Positions 12,651 to 25,369 of a stretch of 64,000 bases of DNA are shown one piece after another. Location: contig OX597822.1 of the NCBI GenBank assembly GCA_951406725.2, positions 60,140,001 through 60,204,000 on the forward strand, given 5' to 3'. Under the pieces are notes generated by a model. It worked only from the letters and a program-made list of their open reading frames with translations, was not told where the DNA came from and did no database searches. Source of the stretch: Octopus vulgaris (taxonomy: Eukaryota). The translations under genes were made by a program, and so were the position numbers. How positions within the stretch are numbered: the first letter of the stretch is position 1; the number at the start of each line of letters is the position of its first letter.

Positions 12651-13690
12651 AATTGCCCTGCATGCATTTGTACAGTACCTGAATATTGCTGGCTTATGGA
12701 GTTATGTCAAACAGTTGCTTTCATGTGTAGGGCAGATTGAGCTGTTGGCCAAATCTATCATGAAGATTGCCCTGCTGTCTTCTTTTGAATGGGGGAACAA
12801 ATAGTTTTCCTCTATCTGGTGGCTATAACCAGAGAAGTTGCATAGTGGGCAACTCTGAAAAGACTGAAGACAGACACTTTCCTCTTCTGTCAAGCCTTCA
12901 TCAACATCTTTAAGTTCTATTTCTAAAGGAAGATGAGAGTAGAGAGGAAGATGCTATTCCCTAACACCCAGTAAATTTGTTGAAAGGTGGGTGAATGTGG
13001 TGAAGATGGCTTCAGTGAGTGAGCCTCTTCAAAGCTTGTGCCTGTAGGATGAAGACAATGGACAAGAAGGGATGCTCTCTGTGATGCCTGCAGTGGTTGA
13101 GATGATCTAGGTTCAAGATTAGTGTAGTTCCTTAGTTACTCTTGAGTAGTATTTTCTCTTATTGAGGAATTTTGTTATCAATTTTCTTGTAAATTTTTAT
13201 TGTTATATTACTTGACCTCGTGTGTACCGTTGGCGATTTTTTTCCCTCTGTCTTCCCTTCTCTGGATCTTTCCTTCTCCTATGTCGAAGAGCTCTGCTCG
13301 AAATGTTAAACCCTCCTTCTTTCCTTCTTTCCTGAGTGTCCAATAATACTATATTTGTTCCACGTCCTCGCGTTGTTGTGTTTTTTTGTGCTTTCTTGTT
13401 TGGATTAACTTTGTATGTAAATCACCTCCATCTTTTGTCTTTGTATTATCCTGTTTTTTTTTTGTTGTTGTTTTTTACCATGCCAGGCAAGATGCTTCGT
13501 GGCATTTCATCTGTCTTTATGTTCTGAGTTCAAATTTCACCGAGGTCAACTTTACCTTTCATCCTTTCGAGGTCGACAAAATAAGTACCAGTGGAACATT
13601 GGGGTTGATGTAATCAACTCATCCCCTCCCACAAAATTGCTGTCATTGTGGCAAAATTTGAAACCATTATTATTACTCCTCCTCCTCCTC

Positions 13691-13797
<107 letters not shown>

Positions 13798-13799
13798 TA

Positions 13800-14720
13800 T
13801 GGTTTCCTTTCATTATAACTTTACTTCAGCTGCCTTAGTACCAGGTATCCTCCAGGGGCCAAGAGTAGCAAGAACACTTTTGTTTTGCTATGCATACTAA
13901 AATTATCACCACATTTACTCCATTTTAGATGGAGAGTGCTTTCCATAGTATATGGAGTTACCAGAGAGTTGCTTAATATACTTCTCAGCTCTCTTCTTTA
14001 TCATTCCCAACGCACTAATTACTACTGGTATTATTGTAGTACTAAGCTTCCACATTTTCGTGATTTCAATTCGAAGATCTTCATAGTGAGAAAACTTTTC
14101 ATATTCCTTTCTTGAGACATTTTGATCTTGTTGGGCAGACATATCTATTAACAGACAAGTTCCTCTGTTGTAGTCCTCGATCACAATGTCTGGTCGATTG
14201 GAGTCAATTTTTCTGTCTGTTTGTATTGGGATGTTCCAAAGGATGGTGACGCCCTCGCCATTTACAACATCTTCTGGATGGTGCCTGTACCACTTATCAT
14301 GGGATTCAATTTTGTAAAATTTCCAAGCATTCCAGTGGATGTACTGCCCTAGTCTGTCATGTCTTATGAGCTTTTTTTCAGCAAGGACTGGGCAGCCAGA
14401 AACAACATGATCAATTGTCTTTGTGAATTTTCTGCAAATTCTGCACGAGGGGTCAGATCCATCTTTAAGGACATTTGCATGGTAGTTCCTGGTAGGTAAG
14501 CACTGATCTTGTGCTGCAATAGCAAAACCTTCTGTTTCCCCTTTCAGGCCTGTCCCTTGTAGCCATTGGTGTGTTAGATTTTGATCAATATCTGGCTTGG
14601 ATAGGCGGTTAGGGTATTTTCCATTTACTTTTCCAGTTGTCTTCAATATTCACGCAAGCCTTCTTTGCTTTTTGTTTGATGTTTTTTGCATCAATGATAG
14701 GTTTGTCACTATTTGGATCT
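13800..14720 (-). mobile_element. R4/Dong-like restriction-like-endonuclease non-LTR retrotransposon, 3' fragment
   Basis: ORF 13915-14646 with CRIC...HVVSGC zinc knuckle, RHD, RPDIVI..D..K..Y.DL PD-(D/E)xK nuclease; flanked by (TAA/TTA)n on both sides. Confidence 0.9.
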
Positions 14721-14974
14721 GTTATTATTATTATTATCCTCATCATTATTACTATTATTAAGGCAGTGAGCTGGCAGAATCAGCATGCCAGGCAAAATAT
14801 TTTGCAGCATTTCATTTGTCCTTACATTCTGAATTCAAATTCTGCCATGGTTGACTTTGCCTTTCTTCTTTTCGGGGTTAATGAAATAAGTACCAGTTAT
14901 GCACTGAGGTTGATGTAATTGACCAGTCCCCTTCCACCAAAATTTCAGGCCTTGTGCCTACAGTAGAAATGATT

Positions 14975-15305
14975 CATCATCATCATCATCATCATCCTCA
15001 TCATCATCGTTTAATGTCCGCTTTCCATGCTAGCATGTGTTGGACGAGTTGACTGAAGACTGGCGAACCAGATGGCTGCACCAGGCTCCAGTCTGATCTG
15101 GCAGAGTTTCTACTGCTGGATGCCCTTCCTAACGCCAACCACTCTGAGAGTGTAGTGGGTGCTTTTACGTGCCACCGGCATGAGGTTCAGTCAGAAGATA
15201 CTGGCAATGGCCAAACTCAAATAATGTTTTTTATGTGCCACCTGCACAAGAGCCAGTCCAGCGGCACTGGCAACAACCTAGCTCGAATGTATTTTTACGT
15301 GCCAG
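14975..15305 (-). mobile_element. RTE LINE 3' tail
   Basis: (CAT)n followed by the reverse complement of the LINE 3' UTR. Confidence 0.8.
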
Positions 15306-15649
15306 CAGCACATATTATTATTCATCATTTAACGTCCGCTTTCCATGCTGACATTATTATTACTATTAAGAAATTTTGGTTTCTCAGAAACAAATCTTTC
15401 TCTGGCAGTGAATAGTTGAGTTTTAGCCACCCCTTTCCTAAAACATAACATACCTTTGACTATGTATAGAAAGTGGTCATCCTGTACAGTCCAAACACAC
15501 TATGTTACATCACTACTCTTTACTGTTTCACATTCTCTTTTTGCTTATATGTATATATATATTTATAGTTAATTTTATGTCAAATTTTTCTTTTTCTACA
15601 ATCAGCGTCTAATATTTAATAAATGTATATATTTGTAAATCAAATCAAA

Positions 15650-16065
15650 CCAAATCAAAATAGATGAACATCAATGGAATTTGTATCTTTGTGGTACCAG
15701 TGCCGGTGACACATAAGAAAACCATCCGAACGTGGCCGTAGCCAGTACCTCATCGACTGGCCTCCGTACTGTGGACACATAACAAACACCATCCGATCGT
15801 GGCTGTTCGCCAGCCTCCTCCTCTGGCACCTGTGTCGGTGGCACATAAAAAACACCATCCGAGCGTGGCCGTCTGCCAGCCTCGTCTGGCACCTGTGTCG
15901 GTGGCACATGAAATCACCCACTACACTCTTGGAGTGGTTGGCGTTAGGAAGGGCATCCAGCTGTAGAAGCACTGCCAGATCTGACTGGCCTGGTGCAGCC
16001 TTCGGGCTCCCCAGACCCCAGTTGAACCGTCCAACCCGTGCTAGCATGGAAAGCGGACGTTAAAC

Positions 16066-16098
<33 letters not shown>
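15650..16098 (+). mobile_element. RTE LINE 3' UTR/tail with 4 hairpin repeat units
   Basis: Homologous to 38485-38700 (reverse complement); ends ggacgttaaac(gat)n. Confidence 0.85.
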
Positions 16099-16099
<1 letters not shown>

Positions 16100-16912
16100 T
16101 AACACGTGGATAATTTCTGGGTCTACTGAAATGAAGTGAAGACAGATAATCTATACTTATTGCTGATTTTATTCAATTATTACACAACTGCAATGAGTGG
16201 GAGAAAAAAAAAACTTACAAAAGTTTGTATTTTGGATGACAGTTGGTTTACATCAAAAGTCTCTTGTTCTGTCCTTATAATAGCCTGCCACTATGTTCAT
16301 GGAAGGAGGAAGTTAAAGGGCTCGAAGTTTGTGTGAAAGAAGTTTGTTAATGTCTGTGTGTGAGCTAAGTCTTCACAAAATCGCTTTGTAACAGGTAGAA
16401 GGAAAATGGACCAAAGATGGCAGAGGGAAACTGTTTTAAAATAACAGAAGGAACTGACTGATTATTATTTTTCTGTTTTGCTTCTTTTTTACAGGTATCT
16501 CGAATATATACCTGTATTAAAGCCAAACAAGGTTACTGAAATTAGAGCTGAATGGTTTATGTGTATTTCCTTCTGTGTAACTTAATTTTAAACAAATAGA
16601 CTTTAAATGCACAGTTCAAGAACAAAAAATAAAACGAATCTGAAGACTGAGGTCATGAATCCATTGTCTATTTCTTACATATGCTAGGAGCAACGAGCTG
16701 GCTGAATTGTTATCACACTGGACAAAATGCTTAGTGGTATTTCGCCTATCTCTATGTTCTGAGTTCAAATATCACCAAGGTCGACTTTGTCTTTCATCCT
16801 TTTGGAATCGATAAAATAGGTACCTGTTGAACACTAGGGTCGATGTTATCGACTTACCTCCTCCACCGAAATTGCTAGCCTCGTGCTAAAATTTGAAATC
16901 TATCTCTTATAG

Positions 16913-17302
16913 ATGCAGGAGTGGCTGCGTGGTAAGTAGCTTGCTTACCAACCACATAGTTCTGGGTTCATTCCTACTGAATGGCACCTTGGGCAAGTAT
17001 CTTCTACTTGGGCTGACCAAAGCCTTGTGAGTGGATTTGGAAGATGAAAACTGAAAGAAGCCCATCGTATATATGTATATATATATGTATGTGTGTGTCT
17101 GTGTTTGTCCCCCCAACATCGCTTGACAACCGATGCTGGTGTGTTTGCGACCACGTAACTTAGCAGTTCAGCAAAAGAGACCGATAGAATAAGTACTGGG
17201 CTTACAAAGAATACGTCATGGTGTCGATTTGCTCGACTAAAGGCGGTGCTCCAGCATAGCCACAGTTAAATGACTGAAACAAGTAAAAGAGTAAAAAGAG
17301 TA
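16913..17302 (+). mobile_element. SINE family A
   Basis: Full head-to-tail copy. Confidence 0.85.
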
Positions 17303-18959
17303 ATATGCTTGGTATTTTTCATTTACAATAAACAGATATCAAATTTTATATAGATGGATAATTTAATAGCATTTATAGCTTATAGAAACCATGTTAAAGC
17401 TGATACTGAAGCACGATGTAGTCCTTGGGCCCATTGAATCCTGTCAAGCCCACCTAACCCATGAAAGCATGGAACATGGACGTTAACTGCGGTTACGGAT
17501 GATGATGATGATGATGATGATGATGGGACTGTTATTAAAATTTTAAATAAGCTTATAGTAATTGTTTATCCTTAACATGAAAGTTTCTTTATTTTAGCTA
17601 TCATATCGTAGAAGAGTCATCTAAACCATTTAGAAACAGATTCATTTTTCGGTGTTTTATCATTTTCGTCGTTCCAACTGAAGTTTCGCCACATTGTAGT
17701 TGACAAATTACAGTTTTGTGTCTTTTTAAATGGCAAAAAATGATTGTTTTCCTCTTTGTGATTACTTGTGTTTCAGTAACACGACAAACCTTAGCAAATC
17801 CGAAATATTTCAATTGGAGCCTTTCTTAATATAAAAAGTTAAAAAGTAGCAGTTACCTCCCTTTAACTACATTCTGAAACTAATGTTTTGCGTGTCTCTC
17901 AAATTTCAAGCGTAATTATTGTCCTATAGAAAATAATTGTTTCAAACAAACGCACAAGATCTGGAATTTATTGGAGAGTTAGTTAGTCGATTATATTAAA
18001 CTAGTACAGGGTCATATTAAATTTTTTCAACTACTTAAAGTTTTTCAAATATGTATAGGAACAAGTGAGAATGCTTGTTGCTAGTAATCGTTAAAACTTC
18101 AGTCAAAAATGTTTTGTATTATTTTCATCTGGCTAAAGGCGGCAAGCTGGCAGAATCGTTACCGCTTTAGGCAAAATGCCAAACAGCATTTCTTCTGTCT
18201 TTACATTTCGAGTTCAAATGCCACCGAGGTCGACTTTGCTTTCATCCTTTCGAAGTCGATAAAGTACCAGTGGACTTAACTTCGGCCTCAAAATTTCATG
18301 TCTTATGTTTGTAACAGAGAATGCTTTGCTGCTGGTAGACTGTTGAAAGATTGTCTGAAAAGTGTGAAAGAAAGGTACCATTCAGCTCTCAGTTTATGCC
18401 TAGATGCAAAACCCAACATAACGTTCATGAATGTGCTAAAAACAACCAATCTCTTGGTAAAACATGCTCTACCAAGTAAACTCAAGACAAAGAACGGTGT
18501 TGTAAGTTGACTGATCACCAAGTTATGCCTGATTTTAGAAGGAGACAAGTAATTAGATAGAATTGCATCTATACCTATTACTGGATTTTGTTAGGGCCCC
18601 ATATAGTAAAGATGTGGATGGGAAAAATGTGGGTAGAGAGTGATGTGCTTGCAACCCTCTCCCCTTACTGTTTTACAAAGTAAATAACAGCACAAATAAC
18701 TACGCAGAGGCAGCCATGGTTGAAACAAGAACAAGAACAACAAGCATTACTAATAAAGAAAGGAAGCAAGGTCATTCCTCACCCAAGTGACCCGCCCATC
18801 ACTTGCTATGTGCTCATAAATTAGTTTGATAGTTGAGCTCTGATTGGCTGTATGCAAATGAGTTCATAACTGGGGTCTGGAGCTCTCGTGGCAAAAAAAT
18901 TGCATGTCCCTGGTCTATAGTAACATTCTACATGACAAAGTCATGCCTGTGCCATGTTT

Positions 18960-19215
18960 TGGAGGTCACCAGTAATAAAGTCACAATTTTGGGTAGGAAA
19001 AAAGTCACAAGAAAAAAAGGCACAATTAATTTATAGTGGCCGGTAATAAAGTCACAATTAATTTATGGAATCCAGATAAAACCTCCCTTGGACAAAACCC
19101 CATCGGACAAACCCCACTCCCACTCCACAGACAAAACCTCTGTGACTTTTTTCCTCTGACTTTTTTTCCATGACTTTTTTTCCTGTGACTTTTTTACCTG
19201 TGACTTCTTTTTCAC
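18960..19215. repeat. Repeat with inverted AAAAAAGTCACA / TGTGACTTTTTT arrays, probable DNA-transposon derivative
   Basis: Multiple aaagtcaca copies on the left, tgtgactttttt copies on the right, acaaaaccc units in the middle. Confidence 0.55.
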
Positions 19216-20179
19216 CTGGATGCATTTTAAAAACAATTAAGTTGATTTGAAACTTATAAAATGTGTCAGATCTTTTCAGTTTGGCCACAAACTACAGCAA
19301 AGAAAATAGAATTATACAGATGAAAAGGTTATTTCATTTTCTCATTAACAATGACTAGGGGGGGCAATAAATTTACCTAATATCTTCAACAGTGGTGGTA
19401 GCGATGGTTAGGGGTGAGGTGTAAGACTTGTGCTTGCATCACTTCTCAGTTTGGTGAATGTTGTTATTCTGAAAGCTGGGGTGGGTGATTTAAAAGAATT
19501 GAAATTTTGGGAAAAAATTATCTTTCAGAAACATAATTTCTGTATCTTTGTATAAGTTTAAATATATAGTTGTCTAATCTCTACTGCAGCCATGCTGGGG
19601 CACTGCATCCAAAAGTTTAGTCAAACAATTGGCCCCTTTCAAGCCTGGTATTTTTTTCTCAGGCTGTTTTAACTAACTACTAAGTTAAGGACATAAACAA
19701 TCCAATACCAGTTGTTAAGCAGTAGTGGAGAATAAACACAAATATGAAGACAGACATGGGCTTCTTTCAGTTTGTGACTTTTATTATTAGCCACCATAAA
19801 TTAATTGTGCCCAGGACTATAATAGAAGACACTTGCCAAAAGTGCCATGTAGTGGAACTGAATTCAAAACCATGTGGTTGGAAAGCAAACTTCTTACCAC
19901 ACAACCATATTTTTTTCTTTGTATAAGACATTAGGGTTGATAGTTTGAAGGAGATTTGGCAGTTATTTCTAGCATCTCGAGCTACCACATCGAGGCCTCT
20001 CTCGTGTTGCCTACTAGTTCAGCCGGCATCCATATATGCACAAATAACAGGATGAGTTTGAAAATTTGTTAAAATAATTTGTGTATAACCAATATATTGC
20101 AGATAAATTTTAACAACAAAATCTTATATGGGCCCCCAAAGGCCATATAGACTCTGGTTGAGAACCATTGATCTAACTT

Positions 20180-20530
20180 GTGGAAACATCCAGCCAGCCA
20201 GCCATCCAACTTTTCAATCCACTTTCCCTATGAGTGTCATGGGTGGGTAGAGTCCTTAAGTACCTTCTCCATAGGATCCTATCAGAAGCAATGTCATTAA
20301 ATTTCTGGCTGGTTTCCTAAACATGACCAACCAAGATTATAGATATTAGCCAACCATTTCATTCTCAGTCTACTCCAAGGTCCCCTACCAGTTGGGTTGG
20401 TTTGAAGAATCCCTCTTGCAATTCATTCCAACAACATTCTAATCACGTTGGTAAAACTGGAACTGTGACCTCTCAATACAGAGAAGTGGCTCAACTTGGA
20501 TAGACTCCTTAATCTCTGAGCTAGAAACAA
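20180..20530 (-). mobile_element. Decayed RTE-like LINE 3' fragment (different family)
   Basis: Degenerate IERSQ..., HVIRM, RMKW C-terminal RTE signature; weak. Confidence 0.45.
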
Positions 20531-20769
20531 GCAGTTAAATATTTTTAAATTTAAAAAGAAAAGAATGGATTAGGTAAGACAGTTCTAAATATATCATATA
20601 CTATCTTAAAAGCTGCACTCTGTGCAGACTTTTAAGCTAGCTCCGGCAGAGGGCTAATTGAGCCTGCAGCCCAAAACTAAAGAGCATGACAATAATACAT
20701 CTAAAATGACTATATGCCCCTGTGGTGTTTGATCAGAGGTTAAGGATGGATGAAAATTAATTCTGTAAT

Positions 20770-20986
20770 GCCGCCTGACTGACCCTCGTGCCAGTGACAC
20801 ATAAAGGCACCCATTACACTCACGGAGTGGTTGGCATTAAGAAGGGCATCCAGCTGTAGAAACTCTGCCAGATAAGATTGGAGCCTGGTGCAGCCATCTG
20901 GTTCGCCAGACCTCAGTCAAATTGTCGAACCCATGCTAGCATGGAAATCAGACATTAAACGATGATGATGATGATGATGATGATGA
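20770..20986 (+). mobile_element. RTE LINE 3' tail
   Basis: Same terminal ~200 nt and (GAT)n tail. Confidence 0.8.
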
Positions 20987-21196
20987 ATCATTCTATTGTT
21001 CCAGTTCCGAGTTGAATTCCAACTGCTGGCCAGTTTGTCCCAAAGTTCTTATCTCGATGTTAAATTAACGAAGAATATGTCATTTGTTTTCCACTTGATC
21101 TCTGGCATCATCTGAAAATACCAACCAAGAAATAGCAACCCAAATGCTTTTAAATCAGATCCCAATGCTGGATATTCAAGAACCAAATGAAGGGCA

Positions 21197-21480
21197 GTGG
21201 AGACACCTGGCCTAGTGGTTAGAGCAGCGGACTCACGGTCAAGGGATCGTGGGTTCGAATCTCAGACCGGGCGATGTGTGTGTTTATGAGCAAAACATCT
21301 AAGCTCCACGCGGCTCCAGCAGAAGGAAATGGAGAACTTCTGCTGACACTTTCGCCACAACTTTCTCTCACTCTTTCCTCCTGCATCTTGCAGCTCACTG
21401 GCGTCCCATCCAGGTGAGGAACCTCTACACTAAGGAAACCGGCCCTTATGAGCCAGGCTTGGCTCGAGAAGGAACAAACA
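21197..21480 (+). mobile_element. tRNA-derived SINE family C (second copy at 48492-48720)
   Basis: TGGCCTAGTGGTTAGAGC (A box), GGTTCGAATCTC (B box); shared body between the two copies. Confidence 0.8.
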
Positions 21481-24339
21481 AAAATGAAGGGCAGATTTTC
21501 AATCGCGGGATCATCCTGATTCCAAAAAGGTGTAATATGTCTATGTAGAGTACATGTAGACTGAGATATAAAGGTCCCAGATGAGCAGATAGAATTTCAC
21601 TACAGAAGTATAAAAGATGGGTTGGTCACAACTTGGATGTATTTGATCAAAAGCTTGCTGGGACATGATTGACCTGGGACTATGCAACACTATCTTCTAA
21701 GTGGAAATTTGACTAACAAGAAATAGCAGCCTAATTTCTCTTGAATCATACCCTGTGGTCTTTAAAAACATAAAATCACTTTGAAACATGTAGTTCAAGT
21801 TCCATCATCTCTCCTCTTCCTCCTCATCATCATTGCCACTACCACCTACACCACCATTGCCACCGTCACTATCACCATCATTATCATCACCACCACCACC
21901 ACCACCACCACTAGCATAGTCCTCCTCCTCCTCCTCATCATCATCATCATCATCACCACCAAAAGCAGCAGCTGGTAGAGATTGGATAATTTGTCACAGT
22001 TCTTTTTTTTTAATAATTATTTTTGAAGTTGCTACTCTTCAAAACAGGTCAGACACCATGTCTAGCTTGCATATTCCACTTGCAGTATGGCTTGTACAGC
22101 TGAATATTGTTCATACTGCCAGCCATTGTGTGCAATATATTAACTACATTTTATCATGATACCAGTACAAGAGGAATCATAATATCCTCAGTCAGACTGT
22201 AGTGTTCTTTCTACCTTATCTTGTTTCCATTTATTTGGCAACAATTTAACAAAGAGTACAGAATTCATTATATCATGCCACCAGAACTAGAGAGAATGTT
22301 TTGTCCTTGCAAAACTTATGGTAAAAACTGAATGAGATTTAAAATATTATTTTAGTGAAGAATCTATAACAAATTGTTATTCAGTCATTCAAAAGATTGG
22401 CATGAAGAGTATGAGAGTGATGATATATTTCTCTCAAGAGAGAGGAATATATCTAAAAATCCAGATGTGATTAGAATTTTTGATCGAGACAAGTAATGAA
22501 ATTCTCAGATTTTAAGATCTCTAGCAGTGACTCTCAAACTGAGAAATGCTGACTCTCTCACTTCCATTTTTGATCTTGAGCCTAAATCAGAAAAGACAAC
22601 AACTACTACTGCTTTTGCAGCTACTACTACTACTACTACTTGTTGTATAGTGAGATTATATACTCCTTTCAGTAAAAAGTGGTAGGAGAAGCCATTATAA
22701 ATAGACCAGTAGCCACTCATCAAGAGAGGATCAAGAGTAAAAAAGTTGGGAGTAGACAGTTCTAGTCAGTGTCTTGTGGAGCTATCAGCGATAGTAAGAC
22801 AGAAGAAGTTAGTGTATTATTATTCCAGTACAAAGAGTTACAATGGTATCCAATGACTAGTAACTATCATGGTCACTAGTGTAAAACAGCAACTGCAGTA
22901 CAATAGAAGTCACACATTACACCAGTGGGAGGAACCCGCTTTACAACACTATTATTATTGAGTCAGAGAGCAGTACATGCACTGGGGTAAAATATACAAA
23001 GCCCAGTGTACCCATTATGACTACCCATCTGATAAGGGTACACCAGGCACATGCATCACAGCCATATGTGCATGACAAGGTGATCTCATATCAAGATAAA
23101 CAGCACATGACCTTGCAGGTGGAGCCCAGTTAGAAATTTTTCAGGCTGGGTAACCCCTCCTGCTCAAAAGGTCCCTGAATAAGGCTCGTTTAAGGATGTT
23201 GATTGAAGCACCCATGTTTCCAGAGGTGAATCATTCAAACCCCAAAGAATTCCTTTCAGCACTTGGCTATGATGCCCCCTACTACTTCTGCTTGTGATCA
23301 GAGGTACACATATCATCAGCCACCAAGCAACATGCTCAACTGGTTAAGATCAAATAACTGACAAGCAAATCTGTGGTATTTGCTGTAGCCCTATTCTTAA
23401 GGCAGTGATCTGGCAGAATCATTACTGTGCCAGGAAAAATCTTAGCAATATTTCATCTGCCTTTAAGTTCTGAGTTCAAATACTGCTAAAATCAACTTTG
23501 CCTTTCATCCTCCCGGGGTCAATAAAATAAGTACCAATTCAATACTGGGTTTGATGTAATCGACACATCCTCGCCTTCTCCAAGCTATTATTATCATCAT
23601 CATCAACATCATCATCATTATTATTATCAATATTATTAATATCATTATAGAAGAGTCTGCTCCTAAAACTCACTTTCAGTATAGTTGTTGGATATGCATA
23701 TATCAGTTTTGAAAAAAATGACTTTATCAGAAAAATAAGCCATGCCCAGAAATACTTAACCAACTTTCCTACACTATTCTCTCAATATACATGTAAATAT
23801 TCACACACACACACACACACACAAATCATGCTTTTGATTACTCCAGAGCTAGCATGAACAAAGCACTATTGTAATCACTTCATAAGATTTACATTGTTCA
23901 CCTTCTGTATATAACTTATACACAGTTTTCTATATATATGTATGTGTTTGTGTTTACAAATTAATTCAATTTGAATATTTATGTGTAGTTGTGATATTTG
24001 TATATGTTTCAGTGTATTTCTCTATACTTTTGCATATGAGTATAGTATCACACCATATGATCATACATATGAAGCATTTATATTATAAGATGGATTATAA
24101 GAATAAAGGTAGTAGATTAGTAGAATCAAATTTCTTACAAATATTGCTTTAGTTCTTTAGACTGTAATCTTAAATTAAAAATAATTAATCATCTAAAGAA
24201 ATCTTTGTAAAAAAGCAGATTAGCACAGACCTTATGGAAGGATGTTTTCACGTAAGCCCCTTTCATGCTTGCAACTTTTCAAACACACATATTAAAGGTA
24301 ATCCATAAAGAAGTACTTGTTTCTTGTAGCATAGCAGTT

Positions 24340-24960
24340 TTCATTACTTCCTGTTTAGTTTCAGATTTAGAATTCCTATAAAGTATTCTTCTTTTGCCTT
24401 TTGTGACCACTCGTTTTCTTCCTTTATTTTTTAAAAGGGAAATATTTAGAATTTTCCGTTTGTACAAATGTCTAGATGTTCACTCCATGGGACATTTCTA
24501 ACAGATGGATCTCCAATTTGTTATTTATTAACTTTGATATGGTCGATTAATTTTAATCCTGTGCGGTCACAATAATTCTCGGTGTTTTATGGACATGTGA
24601 TACAATATATGAGGTTCTTTTGTTTTGAAATTCATATTTACATTAAACTTTCATGTTCGTGAACTGTTTTGTGCAATAAATTCACATGTTCCACAACAAA
24701 TGTCTTTACATTTCTTTACCTGCATTATTTCTTCTTTTGGTGTTAATTTTGCCTTTGTTAAGAATCTTTTAAGATCTGGTGGATGTCTTTGGTTGTTAAT
24801 AATCTGTGACTCTTCAGTTATTTTTGCTTGATTTGATGATTGATGAAGGATTGGAAGGTGCCATTTGGTTGAGAGTAAGATATTGAGATTTCTGATTAAT
24901 GTTGGTGACTCAAAATGAAATATTTCTGTTTATGTTTTCACCCTCATTTTTCTATAAATC
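24340..24960 (-). mobile_element. Decayed Penelope-like element, GIY-YIG endonuclease region
   Basis: Frameshifted minus-strand translation gives KCKDICCGTCEFI..., NMNFKTK(N)LIYCITCP..., QIGDPSVRNVPWSEHLDICTNGKF.IFP, the Cys-rich linker and GIY-YIG layout of Penelope elements. Confidence 0.65.
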
Positions 24961-24986
24961 TTATGGAGAAACTCTCACAATAACGA

Positions 24987-25045
<59 letters not shown>

Positions 25046-25100
25046 ATAGAAGGAGCTTCTACAGGACTAGAACTGTTTCATTCAAATGAAATCATCAGGA

Positions 25101-25151
25101 AGCTTCCTGATGATTTCATTTGAATGAAACAGTTCTAGTCCTGTAGAAGCT
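25101..25151 (+). ncRNA. Type-I hammerhead ribozyme motif (mirror copy on the minus strand, 25054-25104)
   Basis: AGCTTC-CTGATGA-stem II (TTTCATTTGAAT)-GAAA-CAG(loop)CTG-TA/GAAGCT; 6-bp stem I; GUA triplet. Confidence 0.75.
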
Positions 25152-25234
25152 CCTTCTATAAAAATAAATTAATTCACTCTGCTATGTATTGAGTACCTTA
25201 TTTACTGTGGTTAACCCCGACTCAACCCGGGACC

Positions 25235-25276
<42 letters not shown>

Positions 25277-25308
25277 GATGAAATATGAGACAATTATTCA
25301 GTAGCCAT

Positions 25309-25369
25309 GATAAAACTCCGAGTTTCGGATGCCGAGGTACAAATCCATGCTGCCATCTCTTCAGTTATC
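25309..25369 (-). ncRNA. Type-I hammerhead ribozyme motif (decayed mirror copy on +, 25416-25476)
   Basis: GATAA-CTGAAGA-GATG..CATC-C-GAAA-CTCGGAG-TT/TTATC. Confidence 0.65.

Noticed and set aside
16495-18501. Nested selenoprotein via a TG|A spliced UGA codon
   Set aside because: Depends on a weak donor and a SINE-derived acceptor; no homology or SECIS recognised
21197-21272. tRNA gene
   Set aside because: tRNA-like head continues into a body shared with 48492-48720; it is a SINE head with a poor acceptor stem
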